DNA of 64,000 nucleotides from a virus (Duplodnaviria; Heunggongvirae; Uroviricota; Caudoviricetes): IMG/VR virus record IMGVR_UViG_3300042691_019384, positions 44,652 to 108,651 of that record; one strand, 5' to 3'. Shown piece by piece: positions 42,831 to 52,274 of this stretch (position 1 is its first letter; each line of letters starts with the position of its first letter). The notes under the pieces were generated by a model. It saw only the letters and a program-made list of their open reading frames with translations, ran no database searches and was not told where the DNA came from. The position numbers and the translations under genes were made by a program.

Positions 42831-42915
42831 GGTTAGATGATGAAATAGGAAAACATGCAAGACTTAAAATCTTGTGGGCAGAAACGCCCTTGTGGGTTCG
42901 ACCCCCACTCTAACT
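42830..42915 (+). tRNA. tRNA-Leu (anticodon UAA), class II with long variable arm
   Basis: acceptor GGTTAGA/TCTAACT (G1-U72 wobble); anticodon stem CAAGA/TCTTG; loop CTTAAAA gives anticodon TAA; variable hairpin GGGC-AGAAAC-GCCC; T arm GTGGG-TTCGACC-CCCAC; 86 nt. Confidence 0.8.
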
Positions 42916-43184
42916 ACAATGAGTAAGAGATACTCAGAGTCTTTAATTCAAGACTTAAACAATGAATAGGGTATTAGACTGGACATCCTAATATCTATAA
43001 AGAAGACTATCACATTTTGGTAGAAACTGGTTATAGCTCTATAAAACGCCAGTCTCTTTGGAATAAAGCTAGGTAACAGAGGCTCCAAGTAGTTTGACTA
43101 ATTTTAAGAGGGTAAGACCCACAGGTTTATTGAAAGAAAGAAAACCGATACATCTACTCACCAGTAATCTCAAGGTGGGGTGGA

Positions 43185-43286
43185 AGTTAGGTGGCGGAAT
43201 TGGTAGACGCACGCATGGCTCGGCAGTATCGTGAAAAGAGCCTGTAATTAAGATACTGCGTACAGGTTCGAATCCTGTCCTAACAA
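43185..43286 (+). tRNA. aberrant tRNA-like element (Leu-type D and T arms, about 41-nt insertion in place of the anticodon loop)
   Basis: acceptor AGTTAGG/CCTAACA; D arm GCG-GAATTGGTAGA-CGC; T arm ACAGG-TTCGAAT-CCTGT; between them ACGCA...TGCGT encloses a CAGTATC/GATACTG hairpin instead of a 7-nt loop; 102 nt. Confidence 0.4.
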
Positions 43287-43417
43287 CAAAAATAACTAAT
43301 GACTCTGAAAAGAGCAAGCTGGATTGGGTTGCTAGCATTCCCGTTCGAGTCGGGCAAGAATAGAAATATTCAAGTGGGCCAGCTAGGAGAAACGAAGACC
43401 TCATTAGTTATTTTCTT

Positions 43418-43495
43418 AGTCAGGTGGCGGAATTGGTTGCCAAGATAGCGGACTCTAAGGAGCGTCTATTACAGGTTCGAATCCTGTCCTGATTA
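43418..43495 (+). tRNA. tRNA-like element or possible pseudo-tRNA related to the previous one
   Basis: shares 5' GGTGGCGGAATTGGT and the 3' T arm ACAGGTTCGAATCCTGT + CCTGATT acceptor with the previous element, but no canonical anticodon stem-loop could be folded by eye; 78 nt. Confidence 0.35.
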
Positions 43496-43696
43496 CAATT
43501 AATTTAAACATAAAAAAAATATGAAAAACTTTTTAAAAGAACTATTTAAGTGTTGGTTATTGACATGTCCGATAACCATTTTATTTATCTTTATTAAACC
43601 TATTGGTTATCATTGGTATGATTACATTATATTTTATAGTATAATTGGTGTTGTATCTTATTATTATAAAGAAATTTATAAGTTTCTAGGTTTTTA

Positions 43697-44203
43697 ATGG
43701 GTAAAAACGTTAAGTTATGTTTAATTGGTTCAGCTAGATGGGGAAAAGACTCACTAGCTGAAATTTTTAATGAGCAGTTTGGTTTAAAATACACATCTTC
43801 ATCTGAAGCATGTGCTGACATATTCATATATGATAAATTAAAAGATTTATATGGTTATAGTAGTGTTAAAGAATGTTTTAACGATAGGTTTAAACATAGA
43901 GCAGAATGGTTTAATTTAATAAGTGAGTATAATAAAGATGACAAAGCTAGATTAGCTAAAGAAATCATGAAAAATAACGACATTTATGTTGGTATGAGAA
44001 GTAGAGATGAGATAGAAGAGTGTTTAAGACAAAATGTGTTTAATTTAGTTATATGGGTTGATGGTAGTAAAAGGCTACCATTTGAATCAAAAGATTCTTT
44101 TGATATTGATTCATTATGTGCAGATATCATTATTGAAAATAATGATACGTATGAAAATTTTCAACGTAGAGCGATAAATTTAGGGAATTTATTATTCAAG
44201 TAA
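43697..44203 (+). CDS. P-loop kinase, dNMP kinase (T4 gp1)-like
   Basis: N-terminal KLCLIGSARWGKDSLAEIF resembles T4 gp1 LIFLSGVKRSGKDT; about 170 aa like gp1. Confidence 0.45.
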   Translation: MGKNVKLCLIGSARWGKDSLAEIFNEQFGLKYTSSSEACADIFIYDKLKDLYGYSSVKECFNDRFKHRAEWFNLISEYNKDDKARLAKEIMKNNDIYVGMRSRDEIEECLRQNVFNLVIWVDGSKRLPFESKDSFDIDSLCADIIIENNDTYENFQRRAINLGNLLFK

Positions 44204-44266
44204 TCTAAAAAAAAATTTGTTTCGTATCGTATTTTTTAATATCTTTGTATTAAATAAATAAAGTAT

Positions 44267-45154
44267 ATGATAACAGATTTCGGTAAAAAAAGACTTGGTA
44301 ATGATGATTTTTTTGTAAACACATTATCTAAAGAATCTTTAAAAGCTTATTACAGTCAAATTGAAAAGCTTAAACCTTTAACCAAAGAAGAAGAAAAAGA
44401 ACTATTCATAAAGTTGTCTGAGACAACTGATGAATTAGACAGAAAAAAAATAAAAGATAAAATAATAAATCATAATCTTTTATTTGTTGTTTCTGTTGCA
44501 AGAACATATGCTAAAAAAATAACCAGTGGTGATATTGGTGTTGAAGAATTGATATGTGAGGGCAATATTGGCTTAAGTGAAGCTATTGAACAATTCAAAA
44601 CAGATTCAGATAATAAATTTATTTCATATGCTATTTGGCATATAAGAAAAAGAATTTTATTGTTTTTAAATGAAAATTTATATGTAGCTAACATATCTTC
44701 AAACATTATGCCTAAAATTAAAATAATAAATAATTTGAAAGCAAAAATGGAGAAAGAATGTGGTCATGAACTTGATTACGAATATGTTATTAATAATTCT
44801 GATATTGGTACAGATAGAATAAAAAATAGTGTATTGATGGCTATTAAATCTAGTGTTGTTACTAAATCATTAATAACTGAAGAAAATGATTATTTATTCA
44901 AACACAATGATTTTGAAGTAGATAGTGAAGAAAAAGAATCAAACGAAGTATTAAAAAAGGTAATATATTCTTTAAACCCTATAAGTAGAGTTATTATTTG
45001 TCATTATTATGGTTTGTATGACTATAAACAATTAACAATTAAACAAATGTCAGAAGAGTATAATATGACAACTATAAGAATTAAAAAAATAATAGAGTTT
45101 GCGATAAGAGACCTTAAAAAAAATGAAGATTTAAAAGATTTTTTTGGTTGTTAA
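44267..45154 (+). CDS. second sigma-70 family sigma factor
   Basis: region 2-like NLLFVVSVARTY...EELICEGNIGLSEAIEQFKTDSDNKFISYAIWHIRKRI and C-terminal HTH-like region; own promoter TAtcTTTG at 44241. Confidence 0.7.
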   Translation: MITDFGKKRLGNDDFFVNTLSKESLKAYYSQIEKLKPLTKEEEKELFIKLSETTDELDRKKIKDKIINHNLLFVVSVARTYAKKITSGDIGVEELICEGNIGLSEAIEQFKTDSDNKFISYAIWHIRKRILLFLNENLYVANISSNIMPKIKIINNLKAKMEKECGHELDYEYVINNSDIGTDRIKNSVLMAIKSSVVTKSLITEENDYLFKHNDFEVDSEEKESNEVLKKVIYSLNPISRVIICHYYGLYDYKQLTIKQMSEEYNMTTIRIKKIIEFAIRDLKKNEDLKDFFGC

Positions 45155-45188
45155 TAATTTAATAGTTTAAGATATATATTTATTATAT

Positions 45189-46754
45189 ATGAAAAACTAT
45201 ATTAAATTCAAATTAAGAAACTTATTAAACGAAACGGAATTTAATTACCATAAAGGTGATATAGAAAATGTAGAAAATATAAGACCATATGGTTCAGATA
45301 ATTTATTTCGTATGCAAGGTCGTGGAACTGGGCATTTTGGTTCTGGTCTTTATTTTTCTACTTATAGTTGTGAAAATTTTGATGATTCCGATAACTCAAA
45401 AAAAGAATTAACTAAAATAAAAGATAATATTTATCGTGTTGATTTTGATATTTATAAAAATTTATTTAGGGTTAAATCACCAGACCATGCTGAAATGTTA
45501 TTTAAAACATTAAAACTAATAAATGAAAGTTTTTATTTAGTTGTTAGAGTTTATGATAGCAAATTTGAAATGGATAACAAATTCAAAATTATTTATTTAA
45601 AAATAATAAATAATGCACAATACCTAGGTTTAAATATTCCAAAATATCGTGAATATATAAATATGGTTAAAGAAGCCGCAAATGACATGAAGAACAAAAC
45701 CAATTTAGCATCCATGTCAACAAGAATAATGGAGTACAATGGTTTTAATGGTGTTAATGTTAGCGGTATAGATGGGTATGATAATACATTACACGGGTCT
45801 GTTATATATGATTTATCTAAACTATCGTCTAATCCAGTAGAAGTTAAAAACCCAGAACTATTTTGTAAAATAAAACGTGATGTGATAACTAATTTCCCAA
45901 ATATGCGTTCAGATGCTTTAGCTGGTGATAAATTAAGTATTGATTTTTTTAATAAATTAAAAAATAATGAAAAAATAATTTATATAAAAAATTTTGAATA
46001 TTATTTTGAACCTTATCAATTAGATGAGTTAGATGAAAACTTAAAAAAAGTTTATTATAATTCATTACCAATTAAATTTAAGAATGGTTTATTAGAAAAA
46101 TTACCACATTATAAAATGGTTAAAAAAATGATTGATGATGGTTATATTAAATTAATTTATGATGAAAACATTAAAGTAAATGATGTAACTATATTAGAAG
46201 ATATTTTAGAAGATTTTTGGAAGTATGATGAAAAACATCAAGAATTGATTTTAAAAAACATAAATAGACCATTAAATGATGAAGAAGAACGTTTATTAAA
46301 TAACGTGAAAGAAGATGATGAATATAAACAATTTTTTACCGAAAACGAAAATAAATTAAATACTTCATCTGAAATAAGAATTAAATATGATATTAACTTA
46401 CCAAAGGACATAATAGATATTAAAGATATTTTTGTTAAGAATGGTTATGATTTATATCTTGTTGGTGGTTCAGTAAGGGATGTTTTACTAAATAAAGAAC
46501 CAAAAGATTATGATTTAGCAACAAATGCTAAACCAGATGATATTGAAAACATATTACAAGAAAACGGTTATAAAACAATAGCAACAGGAAAAGCATTTGG
46601 TGTCATTAATGTTATAACAGATAGTGATGAATATGAAATAGCCACATTCAGAATAGACCAATATAAAGGTTATGATTTAGAAGGGTTTAAAGATTATTTA
46701 AAACGTTTAAATAATGGTAGTTACGAAAAATTTTTAACTAAATTAATGAAATAG
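45189..46754 (+). CDS. cca: fusion ORF: ART-fold-like N-terminal domain + 5' part (head domain) of a split CCA-adding enzyme
   Basis: C-terminal 110 aa DIKDIFVKNGYDLYLVGGSVRDVLL...YDLATNAKPDDI...GKAFGVINV...YEIATFRIDQY matches the Pol-beta-type head of class II tRNA nucleotidyltransferases, then reads 25 codons to a stop; N-terminal RGTGHFGSGLYFSTYS motif shared with other paralogs in the window. Confidence 0.6.
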   Translation: MKNYIKFKLRNLLNETEFNYHKGDIENVENIRPYGSDNLFRMQGRGTGHFGSGLYFSTYSCENFDDSDNSKKELTKIKDNIYRVDFDIYKNLFRVKSPDHAEMLFKTLKLINESFYLVVRVYDSKFEMDNKFKIIYLKIINNAQYLGLNIPKYREYINMVKEAANDMKNKTNLASMSTRIMEYNGFNGVNVSGIDGYDNTLHGSVIYDLSKLSSNPVEVKNPELFCKIKRDVITNFPNMRSDALAGDKLSIDFFNKLKNNEKIIYIKNFEYYFEPYQLDELDENLKKVYYNSLPIKFKNGLLEKLPHYKMVKKMIDDGYIKLIYDENIKVNDVTILEDILEDFWKYDEKHQELILKNINRPLNDEEERLLNNVKEDDEYKQFFTENENKLNTSSEIRIKYDINLPKDIIDIKDIFVKNGYDLYLVGGSVRDVLLNKEPKDYDLATNAKPDDIENILQENGYKTIATGKAFGVINVITDSDEYEIATFRIDQYKGYDLEGFKDYLKRLNNGSYEKFLTKLMK

Positions 46755-46798
46755 CGACTTTTAGATTAATCCATGATATTTATAATAAAAAGAATGTC

Positions 46799-47506
46799 AT
46801 GGAATCAAAATATTATGTCTATGTTTACCTAGACCCAAGAAAAAAAGGTGAATTTACATATGGTGATTATAAATTTGAATATGAACCATTTTATGTTGGA
46901 AAGGGATGTTACAAAAGATGCTTAGAACACTTAAACCCTAATAGGATGAAGTGTGATAATAACACATATAAAATTAGAAAAATTAATAAAATAATAAATA
47001 TTGGTTTAAAACCAATAATTTTAAAAATTAGTGAAAATATATTTGAAGTTGATGCTTTCGAGTTAGAAAAAAAATTAATATTAGTTATTGGTAGGAATGA
47101 TTTAAAAAATGGTCCATTAACCAACCTTACCAATGGAGGCGATGGTGTTTCTGGTCACATAAGGTCGTTAGAGTATAGGAATAAAATCAGTCAAAACAAT
47201 AAAAATAGGGAGGTTAGTAATATAACAAGAGAAAAAATAAGTCAATCATTAATTGGTAAACCTGGTAGAAATACTGGTAATAAACACAGCGAAGAGACTA
47301 AAAAACAAATATCAGAAACCAAAAAAGGTACTTTGTCTTGGAACGCAACACCAGTATTACAATTATCTAAAGATAGTGAATTAATTAAAGAATGGGTTAG
47401 TGCAACAGCAGCAGCAAAAGAATTAGGGTTGAGTCAAGGCAATATTTGGTCGGTAATAAATGGTAATAGAAATAAGTGTGGTGGTTATAAATGGAAATTA
47501 AAATAA
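46799..47506 (+). CDS. GIY-YIG homing endonuclease (I-TevI-like, with C-terminal NUMOD-type DNA-binding region)
   Basis: YVYVYLDPRKKGEFTYGDYKFEYEPFYVGKGCYKRCLEH (GIY...YIG), catalytic region ...GPLTNLTNGG; C-terminal GGYKWK; inserted between the two halves of the cca gene. Confidence 0.8.
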   Translation: MESKYYVYVYLDPRKKGEFTYGDYKFEYEPFYVGKGCYKRCLEHLNPNRMKCDNNTYKIRKINKIINIGLKPIILKISENIFEVDAFELEKKLILVIGRNDLKNGPLTNLTNGGDGVSGHIRSLEYRNKISQNNKNREVSNITREKISQSLIGKPGRNTGNKHSEETKKQISETKKGTLSWNATPVLQLSKDSELIKEWVSATAAAKELGLSQGNIWSVINGNRNKCGGYKWKLK

Positions 47507-48405
47507 TTAAAATGGAAAATTGGGAACAAATAGCTAAAGAATTCTTTAAAAAAGAATTTGAAGATTATGAAAAAACTTTAGCTGATAAAAGAAGACCAGA
47601 TTCAGTCGAATTCACAGATATATATCAAGATGTGCTAAGAAGAGATATAACAATAAATGCTTTATTTTACGATATTAAAAATAAAGAAATTGTTGACCTT
47701 GTTGGTGGTATTGAAGATATAAAAAATGGTGTGATTAGAACCGTTGGTAAACCAGAAGATAGATTCAATGAAGATAGACTTAGGATTTTAAGAGTTCTAA
47801 GATTCTCAGCCAGATTAGATAGTGATATAGACCAACAAACAGATGAAGCATTACAAAAAGATGCTAGTTTAGAAGGTATATCTGCTGAGAGAGTAAAAGA
47901 TGAATTTATTAAAGGAATTAAATCAGCTAAAAATGTTTCTTTCTTTCTATCTTTAATAGATAGATATAATTTATTTGATTGGATTTTTCCTAAACTTAAT
48001 ATTAATAAGAATTTCAAAAACTTAACAGATGATTATATCATAACAATATCAACTTTATTAAAATTAAATAACCCTAAAAACATTGGTAACAAATTAAATG
48101 AATTAAGATACACTATTGATGAGATAAGAAACATTCAATTTTTACTTAGTTTTTTAAATATAAGTATTGATACAGCCGTAGCATTAAAAAAGATGCAAAA
48201 AAATATAACATTGAATGATGAACAAATAAAAAAATTCGGTCAAATAAATAATTTAGATAAAAAGTTAGTTGATGCTTTTATAGATTTTGAATTGTCTGTT
48301 AATTCACAAGAAGTAATGGATAAATTTAATCTTAAACCTAGTCAAGAACTTGGTAATAAAATAACATCGTTAGAAACAGATAACTTTAAAAAAACAATTA
48401 AATAA
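47491..48405 (+). CDS. cca: 3' part of split CCA-adding enzyme (neck and body)
   Basis: ADKRRPDSVEFTDIYQDVLRRDITINALFYD...VDLVGGIEDIKNGVIRTVG...RFNEDRLRILRVLRFSARL continues the class II CCA enzyme conserved block (RRPDxVEF...RRDFTINA...ED.LR.LRA.RF). Confidence 0.65.
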   Translation: MEIKIIKMENWEQIAKEFFKKEFEDYEKTLADKRRPDSVEFTDIYQDVLRRDITINALFYDIKNKEIVDLVGGIEDIKNGVIRTVGKPEDRFNEDRLRILRVLRFSARLDSDIDQQTDEALQKDASLEGISAERVKDEFIKGIKSAKNVSFFLSLIDRYNLFDWIFPKLNINKNFKNLTDDYIITISTLLKLNNPKNIGNKLNELRYTIDEIRNIQFLLSFLNISIDTAVALKKMQKNITLNDEQIKKFGQINNLDKKLVDAFIDFELSVNSQEVMDKFNLKPSQELGNKITSLETDNFKKTIK

Positions 48406-48455
48406 TATTTATTTTTTTTAATTAAAATACATATTTATATTATAAAAAAGCAAAC

Positions 48456-48839
48456 ATGAGTAAATATTTAGCAATTTATACTGATAACATTAATAACATA
48501 GATGTCTTCGGATTAAAATTAATGTCAGATAAAGACATGGAACGTTATGAGAGCTTAGCTATGTCAATAACTTGGAGTTTTTCTTATAATTTATCTGAGT
48601 TTGATTATGCTGACTTTGTTGATGGTGAAGACTATTTAAATAAAATTGAATTTAAAGAAATTACTGACGAAGAATTTAACACAATTAATAATTTATTTGG
48701 GTTAAAGTTTGGTTATTTTATAGATGAAGATTATCTAAAGATTATTTTATCAGATGATGATTTAGATATTGAAACTGGTGATGACGATAATTATGATGAT
48801 GATAATTATCTATTTTCATCTGATGGTGACGATTATTAA
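48456..48839 (+). CDS. acidic hypothetical protein
   Basis: 127 aa, Asp-rich C-terminus (DDDLDIETGDDDNYDDDNY). Confidence 0.35.
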   Translation: MSKYLAIYTDNINNIDVFGLKLMSDKDMERYESLAMSITWSFSYNLSEFDYADFVDGEDYLNKIEFKEITDEEFNTINNLFGLKFGYFIDEDYLKIILSDDDLDIETGDDDNYDDDNYLFSSDGDDY

Positions 48840-48901
48840 AAAAAAATTTGTTTTCTTTTGTTTAATGTAGTATATTTGTATTATAAAAAAATTAAATAGT
48901 T

Positions 48902-49150
48902 ATGAGTACAAAAAATCAACAAAGAAGCAAGACACAGATTAGTGTCGAAAATGGAATTAAAATTTTGAAAAACGCTATTAAGCGCAAAATTTCACTTTCT
49001 GAAGCATCAAGAAGAGCAAACTTTGGTAGAAACTATGTCTACACGATTAAATCAAGATTGTCTGACAATTACAAAAATCGTGCGGTTACAAGAGAATCCT
49101 ATCAAGAATTCAGAACATTAGTTAAAGAATACAATTCACTAAATTCTTAA
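48902..49150 (+). CDS. small basic protein, possible HTH DNA-binding
   Basis: 82 aa; followed by terminator ACCTCCATTTGTATGGTGGT+T9 at 49181-49209. Confidence 0.35.
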   Translation: MSTKNQQRSKTQISVENGIKILKNAIKRKISLSEASRRANFGRNYVYTIKSRLSDNYKNRAVTRESYQEFRTLVKEYNSLNS

Positions 49151-49459
49151 TTTTTTAACTTATCTTTTTAAATAAAAAAAACCTCCATTTGTATGGTGGT
49201 TTTTTTTTATGTCATAACTACTTATAATTAATGAGTATTAATTGTGGTGGAAATATAAAAAAAATAGGTGTAGAAAAGAACAAAACCTTTTTAAAAAATT
49301 TTGATTCCGTTTATGATAGATATAAAAAAAAGGCTATTGAAATGGGTTATCATAAAGATTTAATAATAATAAGGGAACACGGTAAAGTTTTAATATATAT
49401 TTGTCTAGATAATAAGAGATAATTGATTAATTAAAATATTTATATATAAATTAATTAAT

Positions 49460-49963
49460 ATGAACCAACTAATAACAATTAAAAAAATGTTAACGAATTA
49501 TCTTAACGAATCAATAGAGGATTACTCAAAATGGAAACGTAATAATGTCACCTACAGAGGGATTAAAGAATTTGGGAAACCAAATGAAGTTTATGGTTCG
49601 CTTGGTAATGGATTATATACAGTACCTTTGAGTAATAAAGCAATGGCAAAACAATATGGTGACTTATATTATGTTGTTAATGCTAAACCAACAAAACCAA
49701 AAATAGTTAATGGATTAAATAACGCTGAATTACTAATTCAAAATTTAATCGATAATTTCTGTAAAGAAAATGGACAGGGCTATAGTAGAAGTTTTTTTGA
49801 ACAAAATACAACTATCGAAAAAGAAATGTTAAAGTTAGGTTATAACGGTATAATAATAAAAGGTAGAGAAATGGTTAACTATGAACCAATAAACATTAAA
49901 TATTTTAAAACTGAAAAGGAATTATTAAATTATTACGATTCAATTAAAAACATAGAAAGTTAA
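49460..49963 (+). CDS. ART-fold-like paralog (putative ADP-ribosyltransferase-like protein)
   Basis: YRGIKEF...GSLGNGLYTVPLSNKAMAKQYGD aligns with YHGNKSGY...YFYLTPIFRYALMYAKGNED of the 53825 protein and GSGLYFSTYS of the 45189 protein. Confidence 0.3.
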   Translation: MNQLITIKKMLTNYLNESIEDYSKWKRNNVTYRGIKEFGKPNEVYGSLGNGLYTVPLSNKAMAKQYGDLYYVVNAKPTKPKIVNGLNNAELLIQNLIDNFCKENGQGYSRSFFEQNTTIEKEMLKLGYNGIIIKGREMVNYEPINIKYFKTEKELLNYYDSIKNIES

Positions 49964-50432
49964 AAAAATGAATAACAAAGAATTCATAATTGGCAAGTTA
50001 AAGGAAAGTGAGTTTGCGAAACTTTTCACTAATGTAACACCATCATCTAGAGAAGATGATATGTATTTACATTTTGATTTAACAATAAGTGCCAAGATAG
50101 ATGTTAAATCAATGAAAAAAGGGGCTAGATATGACCCTAGATATAATGAAAATTTTCATTGGGTTGAACTTAAAAATGTTAGAGGTGAGAAATCATGGTT
50201 ATTTGGTGAGGCTGATTATTTTGCGTTTGAAACTGAAGATTATTGGATAATAGTCGAAAAAGAAAAGTTACAACATTTCATAGACGAAAAAATTAAAGGT
50301 AAAGAAATTGGTAGTAATAAAGACCCATATGAGTTATATAGACGCACTAATAGAAAAGATGTTATAACTAGAGTTAAAACAATAGATTTAATTTATCTTT
50401 CATTAACTTTGATAAAAAAAGAATAAATAATA

Positions 50433-50464
50433 TTTGTTTATTAATAATATTAATAGTATCTTTG
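50433..50464 (+). promoter_or_regulatory. promoter for the tRNA-Met/tRNA-Arg pair
   Basis: TTTG at 50433-50436, 20-nt spacer, TAtcTTTG at 50457-50464, tRNA 13 nt downstream. Confidence 0.55.
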
Positions 50465-50476
50465 TATTATAATTTA

Positions 50477-50550
50477 GGGCCTCTAGCTCAAGCGGTTAGA
50501 GCACTTGACTCATAATCAAGGGGTTACAGGTTCAAGTCCTGTGAGGCCCA
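50477..50550 (+). tRNA. tRNA-Met (anticodon CAU; elongator or Ile2-lysidine type, G1-C72)
   Basis: acceptor GGGCCTC/GAGGCCC; D arm GCTC-AAGCGGTTA-GAGC; anticodon stem CTTGA/TCAAG; loop CTCATAA; T arm ACAGG-TTCAAGT-CCTGT. Confidence 0.85.
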
Positions 50551-50561
50551 CAATTAAACAT

Positions 50562-50633
50562 GGCTCTATAGTTAAACGGATATAACAAATTCCTTCTAAG
50601 AATTAGTTTTTGGTTCAATTCCAAGTGGGGCTA
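50562..50633 (+). tRNA. tRNA-Arg (anticodon UCU)
   Basis: D arm GTTA-AACGGATA-TAAC; anticodon stem AATTC/GAATT; loop CTTCTAA; T arm TTTGG-TTCAATT-CCAAG; acceptor GGCTCTA/TGGGGCT needs three G-U pairs, which lowers confidence. Confidence 0.55.
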
Positions 50634-50659
50634 CTAAAACATTTAAAAATAAATCACTT

Positions 50660-51151
50660 ATGAATTACACACAATTATTTTATTGGCTAACGGTAGCCGA
50701 CAATGCCAAATATTTTTTTGGTACTATGATAGTTATTTTCACTTTAATATCTGTCATATCAACAATATGTTATCTTTTTAATAAGAACTCTGAAGATGAA
50801 GATAACCAAAGAATGTCAAGAAAATGGATGTGGTGGTCTTATCCTTTTTGTATTTTATTTTGGTTATTACAAATAGCAACACCTTCTAAAAAAGATGCTT
50901 TATTAATTGTTGCTGGTGGGGAAACGTTAAATTTCTTAACCACAGATTCAACAGCTAGGCAGATACCACATGAATTAACTAGTTTTGTTGTGACTGAATT
51001 AAAGAACATGGCTTCTGATGCTAAAGTGGAGTTAAACATTAATAATCAGAAAGAAAAAATATTAAATGAAGCTAAAAATATGTCAAGTTCTGAATTAATG
51101 GAAAAAATGAAATCAGATACAGCATTTGCTAAAATTATTTTAAATAATTAA
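50660..51151 (+). CDS. membrane protein
   Basis: 163 aa, two N-terminal TM helices. Confidence 0.4.
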   Translation: MNYTQLFYWLTVADNAKYFFGTMIVIFTLISVISTICYLFNKNSEDEDNQRMSRKWMWWSYPFCILFWLLQIATPSKKDALLIVAGGETLNFLTTDSTARQIPHELTSFVVTELKNMASDAKVELNINNQKEKILNEAKNMSSSELMEKMKSDTAFAKIILNN

Positions 51152-52274
51152 ATAAAAAAAATATGGAAGTTTCTATGGATGGTTTGAGAAAAAGGTTAAT
51201 TATAGATTATAATTCATTAACCAAAAAATTAAATAACTCTATTAAAAAATATGATACATTTAATTCAGAAATAATAATCGAACCAGAAGATATTAGAACA
51301 GAAATGGATGGGCTTAGAATTGGTTTAGCTACATTAGCCTTTTCATATCTTGATGGCCCAAATGGTTTTTCATCTTTAGATGAAGAAACATTAATCGAAG
51401 AATATCTACCAGAAAATGACGAAGAAAGAGATTAAAGAATGGATTGATAGGTGGTCAAAGTTAAAACCATGTCAAACTAGGGATAAAGTAATTGAAATTT
51501 GGGCTAAAGTATATAATAACATCGCATGATTAAATGCATTTTTAAATATTATGTAACCGATAACTACACATATGGTTACGATTTAATTATCCCTTTTGAA
51601 TGTAATGATTTAATTGAGTTTATTTATAATCAGATAAAAAAACTTCAAAAATCGGAATACGGATGTGATATTTTAGGCGTTTATGTTGAAAAAGATAAAT
51701 TAGATGAAATAGAATATTCATTTTTAACATTAGAAGAATGGTTCAATAAAGAAAAAAAAATTGGTTAAAAATATGACAGAAGAAAAATTCAAAGAAATAC
51801 AGGCTATTAAAGATGAGATATCTTTAGTTAAAACTGAATTAAGAAAACTTGAAAAATTATTTAATTGTTGTAGTCTACAACTAGTGGTCACTGGTTTAAA
51901 CAGGATGACTACTTTTAAGGACACTATTTTATTTGATTTAAATTTTTCAAATGAAGATATTAAATGTTTGTTAGATAACAAAAAACAAGAATTAAATTCA
52001 AAGTTATCTCGATTAGAAAAAGAATTCGAAAAACTTTAAAAAAAAAAAAATTGTTAGTTAACAAAATAATTAGTAACTTTGTATTATGAAAAAAATATAT
52101 TTAATGTCATCCATACCAATTTTATTGGTAGTTGTGTTTATGATTTGGACTTTAATTTTAGAAGGTTTTTCTTCAAGTTCAGATTATTTAGTTCTTTTAT
52201 CCGCATTGGCTAGCGGAGTATTAATGATAGCCTTATACAAAACAATCAAATTTTATTTAAAACAATTTTAATTC

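Noticed and set aside
42830-42915. possible group I intron in tRNA-Leu(UAA), the classic intron-bearing tRNA
   Set aside because: The cloverleaf is continuous through the anticodon loop CTTAAAA with no insertion. The odd insertion is in the neighbouring tRNA-like element, not here.
43069-43404. 111-aa minus-strand ORF spanning the tRNA-like cluster
   Set aside because: Overlaps tRNA-like elements and promoter-rich noncoding DNA. Composition reflects the locally GC-rich tRNA sequence, not a protein gene.
46680-47600. confident call of a group I intron around the GIY-YIG gene
   Set aside because: Only about 160 nt of non-ORF sequence flank the endonuclease gene and it is very AT-rich, which is marginal for a group I core. 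Kept as an alternative hypothesis only.
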